NCBI GenBank assembly: GCA_977017645.1
Contig: OZ360237.1
Location: 93,000,001-93,064,000, forward strand
DNA length: 64,000 bases
Direction of reading: 5' to 3'
From: Torpedo marmorata
Taxonomy: Eukaryota
Below are positions 26,797 to 39,722 of this stretch, piece after piece. The position numbers and the translations under genes were made by a program. The first letter of the stretch is position 1, and each line of letters begins with the position of its first letter. Below the pieces are notes generated by a model, which was given only the letters and a program-made list of their open reading frames with translations, did no database searches and was not told the DNA's origin.

Positions 26797-26946
26797 CTGC
26801 TCACGAGAGGTCCAGCTTTGACGTGGTCCTCTCTGGGGTCGTGCCGGACTCTGCCACTCTGCACACGTTTGATATCTTTGCTGAAATAGCTCGCATTCTG
26901 AAGCCCGGAGGAAGATTTTACTTCAAAGAGCCCGTGTGCATATCAG
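26797..26946 (+). CDS. CIAPIN1: Anamorsin coding exon (equivalent to human exon 3), methyltransferase-like N-terminal domain
   Basis: ttccag| acceptor and |gtaaca donor; 150 nt; translates (S)[49 protein letters not shown], like human [39 protein letters not shown]. Confidence 0.93.
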
Positions 26947-28784
26947 GTAACATCTAACTTTGGACTTTTTATATGCAATGCAATATTCAAGTGCAATTTT
27001 CCATGAAAATGGAAAAATGATAAAATGCCAAGAATGATGATAAAACTGTGAACAATATTAAGTACAAAATACTATGGTCAGGGGAATGGAGCTGACATTG
27101 TCGATGACCTTCCATTAGAAATGGAAATATTTGCGTACAGTGAAGAGAAAGGGCACCTCTGAGGCTGGAAGGCCTGAGATTCAATTACAGGGAAAGGCAG
27201 TGAAAGACTGAAGGAGCTGCAGTGGGTCATCACAAAACTGAAGATGGGGCAGGAGGTGAAAATGGCAGCAAGCTCACCGCCAACAACCACTTCCAACGTT
27301 GTTTAAATGCATACAGGAGGCTCTCAAATTTCTAACCTGAGGCGAGCATTATGAGAAAACATCATCTGACCTGTGTCTGGGCTCCACGTAGAAAGGAAGT
27401 GGGCTTTGGAGATCTGGAAGAGGGGAAGGGTGAGGTATGCCCTTAAACTGGTAGGTGCCTTGGTGAAGGGAACAGCTATTCGGCTGGCAGGGAGAGCGAG
27501 CCAACGTAGAGAGGGCAGCCTCTTTGATGTGGAGAGAAGATAGTGGTAATGTAGAGGAGGTGGTGAGTAGTCACAGTTTGCTCTGAATTTGAATCAAGGA
27601 GGTTGGAATGTGAGGACAGAGCTCATGGTGTTGTGTTCGAAGTCCCGTATGCAGGGAAGGGCAAAGCCAGAATCAGGGCTGATGGGACTGATATTGGTGA
27701 AGAACTGCTGCATGCAGAAGAGAGACAGATTGGAGGCACAAGTTTTAAGTTTAATTTTTTTTAATTTAGAGATGCAGCGCGGTAACAGGCCCTTCCAGCC
27801 CACGAGCCCATGCCACCCAAATACACCCATGAAACTAATTAACCTACTAACCCTGTACGTCTTTGGAACGTGGGAGGAAACTGGAGCTTCCAGAGGAAAC
27901 CCATGTGGATACAGGGAAAACATACAAACTCTTCACAGACAGCGGCGGGTCACTGGCATTGTAATAGCATTGAGCTATCTCTGCCGCCCGATAATTTCAA
28001 ACCAGTTATTTGAGTCTGCAGTCACAAGACGGGGAGGGAAAATACAACTGATGTGGGATGTCTGGGTTTTCTGAACAAAGTGTCACATACTATAGGGGCT
28101 TGTAGATGGAAGTGTAACGTTAATATGGTTAAGAGGATTGGTTTGTGGATGGACAATGCAATGTTGATCCACAGGTATTTTTCAGGTTATCAGCAGTAAC
28201 TGGAGCCTCAATGATTTTTTAATGTCTCAACCAAGGAATGAGTGGAATCTTAAGCCTCCTGGTGATGGAAAGCTGGGTTAGGGTTAAAAGGACCCAAAGA
28301 ATCTGCAAAATAAGGCCTACACAGTTCGGTGAGTGGAGTGGACAAGAAGTGGCAGATAGATGATAATGTAGAAAAATGCAGGGTTGTTCAATTTCATTGG
28401 AAAGTCAAGCTTTTTATGGTGTCTTCTGGTGTCCTTGTGAATAAACCCCTGCAGTGCCCCAGATGATTCAGAAGGTGAAGTCTCTGTTGACCTTTGGTGC
28501 AGGGGAGTTGGAGTCTTGCAGCAACATACAGGAAGTTTACGATAACACACTCCAGTCGGTTACTGTTGTGATTGGCAGCTTCCTCTGGGAAGCAAAACTT
28601 GTCATCGCTCCTCCCTTGAGGAACCTCTCTTGAAAGTGAATTAAATTATTCCTTGTGGTATTGGTCAAGTATCAATAATATAGCAACTGTCATGATGCTG
28701 TTAACCTGTAGAAGTGGATTTTGTGCAGACACAAGAATTTCTTGTGTATTGGACTGCAAACTGTCTCGTTTCCCAGAAAAGTGT

Positions 28785-29395
28785 GTCTCAGAAGACTGAA
28801 GCGGGCAAGGCAACCGGCCACCATTATGTCAACCTTCTACAGGCTCATCTATCGAGAGCGTCCTGGCCGGCTGCATCACAGTGTGGTATGGTTGCTGCAG
28901 AGAAATGGATCGGAGGTCAATCCACAGGACCATAAGAGTGGCAAAGAGGATCACTGGAGTCTTCCTCCACCCGCACCCCCCCCCCCCACCCACCGACGTG
29001 ATCTACAAGGATCGTTTTCTGAAGAGGGCACGCAAAATCATTGAGGACCCCTTCCACCCCGCACACAGCATCTTTCAGCTGCTCCCGTCGGGGAAGAGAT
29101 ACAGGAGTATCAGAGCCAGCACCACCAGGCTGAGGAACAACTTCTTCCCAGGGGCAGTGAGAATTCTGAACGACCAAAGAAACTGCTCACATTAACCATC
29201 CAAAGCCTCTCATATGTACAAAACAATATTCATTTATTTATTTGTATAGATGAAATACTTATCCTACATATGTATTATTTGTCTGTATGTATGTTATGTC
29301 TGATTGTGTGTCTGCATGTTTTGCACCGAGGACCAGAGAACGCTGTTTCGTCGGGTTGTACTTGTGCAATTAGATGACATTAAACTTGACTTGAG
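28785..29395 (+). mobile_element. Rex/Babar family 2 3' fragment
   Basis: Same C-terminus (LPSGKRYRSIRASTTRLR) and tail as the 20390-22040 copy. Confidence 0.82.
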
Positions 29396-30917
29396 TCTCT
29401 TTTGCAGCTGCAGAATCTCCCATCTGTTCCCCTATCGAGTTCCCTATGACTATCACTCTACCTGAATTCACCCTTGACTTGACTTGTTCTAATCAGTTCC
29501 CACTCCATCAGGTTTAAAGTGTCACAAGTGACGTGAGGTCTTCTTGCCCAAGAAAACGACAATGCACAATCTCTCAAAGCATTTCATCACAGTAGATGTT
29601 TGTTACTGGGCGATAGTCATTGAGGCAGCTCACTCTGCTCTTCTTGGGCACCGATCAGTATGATTGATGCACTTTTGAAGCAGGTGGGAACCTCGAATGC
29701 AGCGATGAGAGATTGAAAATGTCCCTGATTAGTGTATCAAAGGGAGGGTCAAGAGCCTGATAGCTGTTGGGGAAAACACTGTTACTGAACCTGGTGGACT
29801 TCAGGCTTTTTCAAAATTTGGAGATACCGACTCATGAGCCTGCGCCACCCAGTTCCACCCAGCTGACCAATTAACCTTCTATCCCCATACGACGATAGAA
29901 TGTGGGAGGATACCAGACCCCGGGAAACCCACGTACAAACTCCTCACAGACAGCACCGGATTAGAATACAGGTGTTTGGCACTGTAACAGTGTTTGCTCC
30001 AGCCCAAAGGTAGCAGTGAGAAGAGGTTGTGATCAGGGTAATGGGGTCCTTTATGATGTTGGCTGCCTTCTTGAAGCAACACCTCACATAGATGCCTTCT
30101 ATCGAGGGGAGGGCGGAACCTGTGACGGACTTGGCTGTGTTTGCTCCCTTCTGCATTCTTACATTTTTAATTTAAAAGAAAATTAGATGTATAGCAGGCC
30201 CCTCGGCCCATGAGTCAAATTACACCCAATTAACCCATATGTTTTGAAGGGTGGGAGGAAACCGGAGAACCCGGAGTAAACCCACACAGACACGCGGAGA
30301 ACATATAAACTTGCAGACAGCGTTGGATTTTAACCCGGGTCGCTGGTGCTGTAGTAGTGCTGCACTAACTACTACACTAACCAAGCCGTCCTGGCCACTT
30401 CAATTCCCAAACCAAGCGGTGACGCAACCCAGTCAGTATACTTTCCACAGTAAACCTCCGGTGTTTGGGATTTCAAGTTCAAGTTTATTTATCATCCGAT
30501 TGCACTGGATAAAAACATACAATCACACAACCAGACATAACACACAGACAGACAAGCAATACATATGCAGCACAAATATACAGGTTGTAGCAGCCGACAC
30601 AGGGAGCGGTGGTCGAATGCGACGATCGCACAGGCGGCACGTGATCCGGACAACCTGTTCCAATAGGCCACAACGGCAGGGAGGAAACAGGCAAATCCCC
30701 GATGATGGATCGTGACCCGACCAATCCTGGGCGTTGCGTCTCCGGCCACGCCCCATCAGTGGCAGCCCAGCTTGGCCCTCCTATAAAAGGCAGAGCCGAC
30801 GGCAGAGTAGGCAGATTTGCCTCGACGCTCAGAGGGTGCGCATCTCCTCTTGAGCTCCAGAACTAGAGCTATAACCGACTCAACGCGCATACCTATAACC
30901 GTAGCGACGCGCTACAG

Positions 30918-30930
30918 TGGTGACCCCGAC
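30918..30930 (+). promoter_or_regulatory. Primer-binding site complementary to tRNA-Trp
   Basis: TGGTGACCCCGAC one base after the 5' LTR; matches the start of the tRNA-Trp PBS of avian sarcoma/leukosis viruses (TGGTGACCCCGACGTGAT). Confidence 0.85.
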
Positions 30931-33900
30931 TGGTCCAAACGGCGACTTGGACCCGAACATGGAACAGCCTACAATCAACGCGGTTTCGTTGAAGCTACCG
31001 AGCTTCTGGACATCGCAGCCGCTGGTATGGTTCGAACAAGCCGAAGCACATTTCGCCCGTCGACGGATCTCCGACGACACCGCGCGCTATTACCACGTGG
31101 TAAGCGCGCTTGAGCAGGAGACGGCGGCTAGGATCATCGACTTCCTGCGGCGTCCTCCAGAGCAAGGGAAGTATGTGGCCATAAAGGAGCTGTTGTCTTG
31201 CACTTTCGGGCTCTCGAGGCGAGAGCGGGCGGCCCGATTGCTGAATATGGATGGTTTGGGGGACAGGGCCCCTTCCGCCCTCATGAGCGACATGCTCGCC
31301 TTGACTGATGGCCACAGACCTTGCCTGCTGTTTGAGCAGATCTTCCTGGAGCGATTTCCAGAAGACATCCGGCTGTTGCTCGCGGAGGAGGATTTCAGCG
31401 ATCCCAGGAAGGTAGCTGCCCGAGCGGACGTGCTCTGGGCGGCAAAAAAGGACACAAGTGACCATGTCTCGTCCGCGGCGAACAATTAGGCGGCTCCCCG
31501 AACAGTCGACCCGCCAACCAACGGAGTCCACCAGTGAGGAGTACTGTTTCTACCACCAACGGTGGGGTTCCGAGGCCCGTCGATGCCGCTCCCCCTGTGC
31601 GTTTCAGGGAAACGCCAGAGCCGGCCGTCGTTGATGGTTGCGACGGTCGGCCTACATCACATCCTCCTCCATGTAAGGGACTCCCTGTCGGGCCGCCGGT
31701 TCCTGGTCGACACTGGGGCCGAAATCAGCGTTTTTCCCCCTTCCAGCTCCGACGTCCGCAGCAGCAGGGTTGGACAGGGCCTGAGAACGGCCAATAATTC
31801 AGATATTCGCACTTTCGGCACCCGCACCATCCCCCTCCGTTTTGGAGACAACCATTTTACCTGGAAGTTCACGCTGGCGGCCGTGCGGCAACCGCTCCTG
31901 GGCACGGATTTCCTTGGGGCCAATTCCCTACTCGTGGACATTAAGGGGCGAAGACTGGTGCACGCCACAACTTTTCAGACTCTTTCCCTGAGTGGGACTG
32001 AGCTCACTGCCCCCTGCCTACACTCGGTAACAGCCGCCGACAGTGAGTTGGCGCGGATTATAGCCGAATTCCCTGCCATCGCGACGCCACATTTTCCTCG
32101 GCGGAACCTAGGCATGGAGTTCAGCATCATATCGTGACGACAGGACCTCCCCTTCACGCCAGGGCGCGCCGCCTTCCCCCCGAGAAACTCAACCTCACCA
32201 AAGAAGAGTTCCGGAAAATGGAAGAGCTGGGTATTGTGTGGCGTTCTGACAGCCCCTGGGACTCCCCACTCCACATGGTACCCAAGGCAGCAGGGGGCTG
32301 GAGACCATGCGGGCATTACCACCGTCTCAACGAGGCCACCACACCAGACAGATATCCGGTGCCCCACATCCAGGACTTCACCGCCAACCTGCAGGGGGCA
32401 CGGATATTCTCGAAGGTGGACCTCGTTAAGGGCTATCACCAGATCCCGGTCCAGCCGGAAGACATCGCCAAGACTGCCATTATCACCCCCTTTGGTCTGT
32501 TTGAGTTTCTTCGAATGCCGTTCGGCCTGAAGAACGCAGCTCAAACCTTCCAGAGGTTGATGGACGCGGTGGGCCGGGATCTCAAGTTCACCTTCATTTA
32601 TTTGGATGACATACTGATAGCCAGCCGCAACCGCGCTGAACATGCCATCCACATAGGACAAGTGTGCACCCGCCTGAAGGAGTTTGGGTTAATAATCAAC
32701 CCCGCCAAATGACAGTTCAGGTGGGAGTCAATCGATTTCCTGGGGCACCGTATTAACAAGGATGGGGCCAGGCCGCTGCCCGAGAAGGTGGAGGTCATCC
32801 GGTCATTTGCAAAGCCCGCAACGGTAAAGGGCCTGCAGGAGTTTGTCGGTATGATTAACTTTTATCATCGTTTCATACCGGCAGCAGCTGGCAGCATGCG
32901 GCCCTTATTCTCCCTCATGGCAGGCCCAAAGAAGGAGATCGAGTGGACGCAGGAAGCATCAGATGCGTTCCAAACCGCCAAAGACGCCCTGGCAAATGCC
33001 ACCCTTCTGGTGCATCCTAGGACAGACGCCCCGACAGCCCTCACTGTGGACGCCTCCAACACAGCGGTCAGGTCACTGGTCAATGGCAGCTGCTAGCCTT
33101 TTTCAGCAAGCACCTCCGCCCACTGGAGCTCAAGTACAGTGCTTTTGATCGGGAGCTCTTAGCTCTATACCTGGCGGTCCGACATTTCCGATACTTCCTG
33201 GAGGGCAGGAGGTTCAAAATATTCACGGACCACAAGCCACTCACCTTTGCCAGGCAACAAAGGCACCTGTCCTACGTGTCTGAGTTCTCCACGGACATCG
33301 CACACATTGCCGGGAAGTCAAATGTGGTGGCCGACGCACTATCACGTCCAGCCATACTGAAAATACACGCCATCGTCCCAGGCATCGACTACGCAGCCCT
33401 GGCTGAGGCACAACGAGCAGACCTCGACATGCCTGCATACCGGACGGCGGTAACCGGTCTCCTCCTGGAGAACATTCGCATCGGCCCAGGAAAGCAGACG
33501 CTTTTGTGCGAAACCTCAACTGGTACGCCTAGACTCATCATACCCGCAGCGTGGAGAAAACAGGTTTTCGACACGATCCACAACCTGGCGCACCCAGCCA
33601 TCAGAACCACGGTTAAGATGGTGGCCAGCCGGTTCATATGGCATGGTCTCCGCAAAGAGGTCAGTCAGTGGGCCAAGACCTGCACGCATTGCCAGGCGTC
33701 AAAGTTGCAGATGCACATTAAAGCCCCTCCCCAGTCATTCGAGCCGGCACGGCAGAGGTTCAGCCATGTGCATGTAGACATCGTAGGCCCACTGCCAGTG
33801 TCAAGAGGTGCTTGATACCTCTTGACGATGATGGATCGTCTGACCAGGTGGCCGGAAGCTGTCCCACTAGTGGAAACATTCACAGAGTCGTGTGCCAGGG

Positions 33901-34623
33901 CCTTGCTAAACTTCTGGGTGGCACGGTTTGGAGTCCCTGAGCACCTTACATCAGACAGAGGTGCCCAGTTCACCACCAGCCTTTGGGCGGCCTTGGCCAA
34001 CACCCTGGGAACGCAACTCCATCATACTATGGCATACCATCCTCAGGCCAACGGGTTGGTGGAGAGGTTCCACAGGCACCTCAAGGCGGCCCTCATGGCC
34101 CGGCTCACAGGACCGCACTGGGCCGATGAACTTCCTTGGGTCCTCCTGGGCATCCGCACCGCGCCCAAAGATGATTTCGACGTGTCTGCGGCGGAGATGG
34201 TCTATGGCGCACCCCTGGTCATCCCGGGTGAATTCCTAGCCGACGCCGGGAACACGGAGGAGACTCCAGCAGTAGCCCTGACTCGTCTGCGGTAACGACT
34301 GGGTACGCTGGTCCCGGCACAACCCAGGGCGCACGGCCAGCCCAAAACTTTTGTTCCAAGGAACTTGAAGGACTGCAATCATGTGTTTGTAAGGCAGGGG
34401 GCACAATCGGCCACCACTCCAACGACCGTACGAAGGGCCGTACCGGGTACTCAAACACAACGGCTCCACTTGTGTCATAGATGTTGGTGGCAGGGAGGAA
34501 ACGGTCGCGGTTGACCGACTCAAGCCAGCACACCTGGACCCTGGCCAACCGGTCACTCACCCTATACCACGCTGCAGGGGTCGGCCTCCCAAGGACAAGG
34601 CCACCACACAGATCGCCGGTTCT

Positions 34624-34632
34624 GGGGGGGGG
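34624..34632 (+). promoter_or_regulatory. Polypurine tract of the Gypsy element
   Basis: G9 run 3 nt upstream of the 3' LTR. Confidence 0.75.
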
Positions 34633-35294
34633 TCGTGTAGCGGCCTGCGACCTACTCCACAGGCCGACACAGGGAGCGGTGGTCGAACACGACGATCGCG
34701 CAGGCGGCACGTGATCCGGACAACCTGTTCCCATAGGCCACAATGGCAGGGAGGAAACAGGCCAATCACCAATGATGGATCGTGGCCCGACCAATCCTGG
34801 GCGTCGCGTCTCAGGCCACGCCCCATCAGTGACGCGGCAGCCCGGCTTGGCCCGCCTATAAAAGGCAGAGCGACGGCAGAATAGGCAGTTCTGACTCGAC
34901 GCTCAGAGGGTGTGCATCTCCTCTTCAGCTCCAGAACTAGAGCTATAACCGACTCAACGCGCAGATCTATAACCGTAGTGACGCGCTACAAGGTATAAAA
35001 ATAAATAAATAAATATTGTTTCAGGGATGTGAGAGTCTCGGATGGTTAATGTGAGCAGTTCATTTAGTCGTTCAGCATTCTCACTGCCCGTGGGAAGAAG
35101 CTGTTCCTCAGCCTGGTGGTGCTGGCTCTGATACTCCTGTATCTCTTTCCCGACGAAAGTAGCGGAAAGATGCTGTGTGCAGGGTCGAAGGGGTTCTCAA
35201 TGATTTTGCGTGCCCTCTTCAAACAACAATCCAAGTAGATCACGTCAATGGGGAGGAGGGAGACCTATTATTGATATAGCCATCAATGTGTTCT

Positions 35295-37694
35295 TTTTTT
35301 AAATTTTTTATAATTTTATTTAAATTTTAAAATCACAAAATACATGAATCAAAAATAGTATATTATTCAAAATACATGTGATATATTACCTCCCCCTCCC
35401 ACCCTCCCCTCCCCAACCCCCCCAGCACTATTCTAAAAAAAAAAGAATGTTAGTTATAAAGAAAAAAAAGAAAGAATTGAATAATAAAGAATTAAAGAGT
35501 TAAAGTGAGGAGAAAACAAATTACAAGCTAATTCTATTTATATATTGGAGGTTATTTTTGCCAGCGGTACCAACTTCTAGAGAATTAATTCATACCCATA
35601 ATTCTCATATATGGGCTCCAAATTTTCAAAAAGAAATGATAATTATTCCGTAAATTATATGTAATTTTTTCCAATGGTATACAAGAACGTAATTCTGCAT
35701 GTAATCTATCTAAATTCAAATCTAAATCTGATTTCCAAGTAATAGCGATACATTTTTTTGAAACCGCTAAGACAATTCGTAAAAATTTTATTTGATACAT
35801 ATTCAATCTATTTCTAATACTAAATTTTTTAATATCTCCAAATAAAAATAACATAGGGTCCATTGGAACCGTAATATTAAAAATTCTATCCAAAAAATCT
35901 TTAACTTTAGACCAAAAATTTTGAATTTTTAAACATGACCATGTACAGTGTACAAAAGAACCTATTTCATCCTTACATCTAAAACACATATCTGATAGTG
36001 CCGGGTTAAATTTCTTTAATTTTTTAGGTGTTAAATATAATTGATGAAAAAAATTATATTGTACTAATCTATATCTAACATTAATAATTTTAGTCATACT
36101 CAATTTACATAAATCTTTCCAATGTTTTTCATCTATATTAATATTTAAATCTGATTCCCAACTTAATCTTGATTTATGTAATCCTACCTTAGGCATTTTT
36201 CTCTGAAGTAATTTATACATTTGTGATATAAATTTGTTAACATTTCCATTAGTAATTAATAATTCTAATCCATCCTGTCTTGGAGTTGTTAATTGATTCC
36301 CCAATTTCTCAACTAAAAATCCTCTAACCTGATAGTAAGCCAAAATTGTATTATCCATTATTCCAAATTTTTCTTTCAACCTAGAAAATGTAACAAATCT
36401 TCCAGCCTCAAAACAATCTTTAATCTTCTTAATTCCTTTTTGAAACCATAGTTTTAAAAATTGATTATCAATAGAAAAAGGTAACAATAAATTCTGATAC
36501 AATGGCATATTCAGAGATAATGGCCCTTTTCGTCCTATCTCATTGTCTAACTGAGTCCAGATTTCCAATAAATGTTTAATAATCGGTGATTTTTTCTTTT
36601 TAACTAATAATAATTTAGAATTCCATTTATAAATAATATCTTCTTTATATCTTTCCCCTATATTATTCAATTCTATATTAATCCAAGCAGTAGATTTAGT
36701 TAAATCAAAAAATTCATTAATAAACTTTAATTGAGCTGCCTTATAATAATATTGAAAATTGGGGAGTTGTAATCCACCCATCTCGTATTCCCAAGTTAAT
36801 TTATCCATATTTACTCTTGCTAATTTTCCTTTCCATAGAAATTTTCTAATAATAGTTTTTAAATCTTTAAAAAATTTTTGAGGAATTCCAAAAGGAATAG
36901 ATTGAAAAAGATATTGAACTCTTGGAAAAATATTCATTTTAATACAATTCACTCTTCCCATTAAGGTAATAGGTAAATCTTTCCAATTCTCCAAATCTTT
37001 CTTTATTTTCTGAAATAAAGGTACATAATTTAATTTATATAAATTTTCCAATTTTGTATCTACTTTAACTCCCAGATATTTAATTCCTTCTTTAGCCCAT
37101 TTAAATCCTGTAACTTCTTTACATTTAGTATAATCTCCTTGAGATAAAGCCATTATTTCACTCTTATCTGAATTTATTTTGTAACCAGATATCTCACCAT
37201 ACTCCCTCAATATCTTAGCTAATTGTTGAAGCGATCCAATAGATTTCGTCATATATATTAATACATCATCTGCAAATAAACTAATTTTATGTTCTTCTGC
37301 ACCTACTTTAATCCCATTTATATTAATATCTTTCCTAATCACTTCAGCCAACGGTTCTATTGCCAATACAAATAAAGCAGGTGATAAAGGGCATCCTTGT
37401 CTTGTTGACCTCAACAAAGGGAATTTAGATGATATCTGACCATTTGTAATTACTCTAGCTGTAGGTTCTTTATATATAGTTTTAATCCAATTTATAAAAG
37501 TATTCCCAAATCCATATTTCTCTAAAACCTTAAATAAAAAATTCCATTCTAATCTATCAAATGCTTTTTCTGCGTCTAATGTTATCACCAGCGGCAAATC
37601 CTGTTTCCTTTTTTGCAAGTTAATTAAACTTATTAATCTTGCTATATTATCCTTCGAATATCTATTTTTAATAAATCCTGCTTGATCTGAATGT
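35295..37694 (-). mobile_element. L1-D: 5'-truncated L1 with an uninterrupted RT plus C-terminal ORF
   Basis: Open ORF 35585-37694 ([20 protein letters not shown]-terminal CFRC...HCTWSC); 15-bp TSD ccatcaatgtgttct at 35280-35294 and 37695-37709. Confidence 0.93.
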
Positions 37695-38159
37695 CCATCA
37701 ATGTGTTCTGAAGGTATCCTGTGTTCCAATTGTGGTCCTATTTCATCATTCTATCAGAGACTGATGGGGGTCTGTCCGCTGTGGAGTAGAGAAAAGCTTG
37801 CGGCATTTACCCAGAATCCCATCCCTGGTGATATTGGAGCTCAGTCCATTTGTCCTGGCGAAGCCCTGGCTCTTGTCTTTCCCACCTTCCATGTTCAAGG
37901 TAATGCTAGTAGGCATTACTGTATGGTGCTGGGACAGGGGAAGCACCAGAGCAGTGAGTGGAAATGCTTGCTGGTAATTGGGTTTCCAACACTGGTCCTG
38001 CTCTTGGACGTTCTCCCTGCTATCACAGTCAGTGATCATTCTCCCAGCAAGTCCTTCAAACATCAACGCACAGTGGTGAAGTGTTATGCCAGGTTCGAGA
38101 TGCAAACCGTCATGGACGGTGCAGGTGACTGACCCAGTTCTCTCTTGTATCCATGTTAG

Positions 38160-38236
38160 GTGATAATGGCGGATTAAAGACAGGATCCCAGCTCATCTCC
38201 CTGCTGAAACTGGCTGGTTTTACAGAGGTCTGTGAG
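38160..38236 (+). CDS. CIAPIN1: Anamorsin coding exon (exon 4)
   Basis: ttag| and |gtacgg; 77 nt; phase matches the previous exon; (G)DNGGLKTGSQLISLLKLAGFTEVCE resembles human [26 protein letters not shown]. Confidence 0.9.
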
Positions 38237-38352
38237 GTACGGCACAGCCCTGGCAATCACACGCCCACACACTGGGAGCAGACACAAATAGCATTGGGGA
38301 ACAGTTCTGGCATAAGGTGTTTCTTGGAAAAGAGCAGCTTTGGAGGGTGTGT

Positions 38353-39500
38353 TGGGAGATGGGGAGGTGAGGGGGGAGGGTGGGGGGAGGGGGGTGGGTG
38401 GGGAGGAGGTGAGGGGGGGTGGGTGGGGGGGAGATGGGGAGGGGAGGGGGGGTGGGTGGGGGGGAGGTGGGGAGGAGGTGGGGGGGAGATGGGAGGAGGT
38501 GGGGGGGAGATGGGGAGGTGGGGGGGGAGATGGGGAGGTGGGGGGGAAATGGGGATGTGCAGGGGGAGATGGGGAGGTGGGGGGAGATGGGGAGGTGGGG
38601 GGAAATGGGGAGGTGGAGGGGAGATGGGAGGAGGTGGGGCGGAGATGGGGAGGTGGTTGGGAGATGGAGGGTGGGGGGGAGATGGGGAGGTGGGGGGAGA
38701 TGGGAAGAGGTGGGGAGGTGGAGGGGAGATGGGAGGAGGTGGGGGGAGATGGAAGGTGGGGGAAGATCGGGAGGTGGGAGGGAGATGGGAGTTGGGAGGG
38801 GGAGATGGAGGGTATGGGGAGGTGGGGGAGATGGGGAGGTGATGGGGAGGTGGGGGGGTGATGGGGAGGTGGGGGGGGTGATGGGGAGGTGGTGGGGTGA
38901 TGGGGAGGTGGTGGGGGGGTGATGGGGGGAGGTGGGGAGGTGATGGGGAGGTGGGGGGGTGATGGGGAGGTGCGGGGTGATGGGGAGGTGATGGGGGAGG
39001 TGGGGGGGAGGTGGGGGGGTGATGGGGGGAGATGGGGAGGTGGGGGGGAGGGGAGGTGGGGAGGTGATGGGGAGATGGGGAGGTGGGGGGGAGATGGGGA
39101 GGTGGGGGGGAGATGGGGGGAGATGGGGAGGTGGGGAGGTGATGGGGAGGTGGGGGGGTGATGGGGAGGTGCGGGGTGATGGGGAGGTGGTGGGGGGGTG
39201 ATGGGGGGAGGTGATGGGGAGGTGGGGGGGTGATGGGGGGAGGTGGGGAGGTGATGGGGAGATGGGGAGGTGGGGGGGGAGATGGGGAGGTGGGGGGGAG
39301 ATGGGGAGGTGGGGGGGAGATGGGGAGGTGGGGGGGGAGATGGGGAGGTGGGGGGAGATGGGGAGGTGCCGGGGAGGGGGAGTGGGGACAGGGGAGAAGA
39401 GAAGAGGCCAGCGGGAGAGGGAGAGAGGGGACGATGCCGGGGAGGGAGTGTGGGGACGGGGGGGGGGGAAGGGAAGAGGTAAGCGGGAGAGGGGGAGATG
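38353..39500 (+). repeat. About 1.1-kb G-rich minisatellite (GGGGAGGTGGGGGGAGAT variants) in intron 4
   Basis: Directly visible tandem G4-G8 runs. Confidence 0.95.
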
Positions 39501-39722
39501 CTGGTGCGAGCTGCACCCGCGTACAGCTGAACTCTTTCTGCCTGTGACCGTGATCTTGGTGTTGCCCCTTGGTTGCTCTGGTGCTCATTCTCCATGAACC
39601 AGTGTAGCAGGTTCATGGAGCATGTGTCCCTCCTCTGGGTTTTATTCAATTGGCATAGCTTGTTCTGACCCCAGTTTTTACACTGATAACCAGTGGTTGT
39701 GCCACTGACTCCTTATCACCAG

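Larger units (their letters stand above)
30586..34990 (+). mobile_element. Gypsy/Ty3 LTR retrotransposon with both LTRs and disrupted gag-pol
   Basis: LTRs 30586-30916 and 34636-34990 (TGTAG...CTACA); TSD AGGT; gag (KLPSFW), protease (FLVDTGA), RT (YLDD), RNase H, integrase (HVHVDIVGP, SDRG, GLVERF); several stops and frameshifts. Confidence 0.95.
30473..35260 (-). mobile_element. Rex/Babar family 2 3' fragment split by the Gypsy provirus (pieces 30473-30585 and 34991-35260)
   Basis: The 3'UTR (acatatgcagcacaaata / aaataaataaatattgtttc) continues across the AGGT TSD. Confidence 0.8.

Noticed and set aside
35585-37729. 714-aa ORF as a domesticated RT gene
   Set aside because: The N-terminal residues come from the TSD and flank; it is a 5'-truncated young L1 with poly(A) and a TSD
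38153-39649. Long Pro-rich and Gly-rich ORFs (up to 491 aa)
   Set aside because: Translations of the G-rich minisatellite, open in several frames; only 38160-38236 is a real exon
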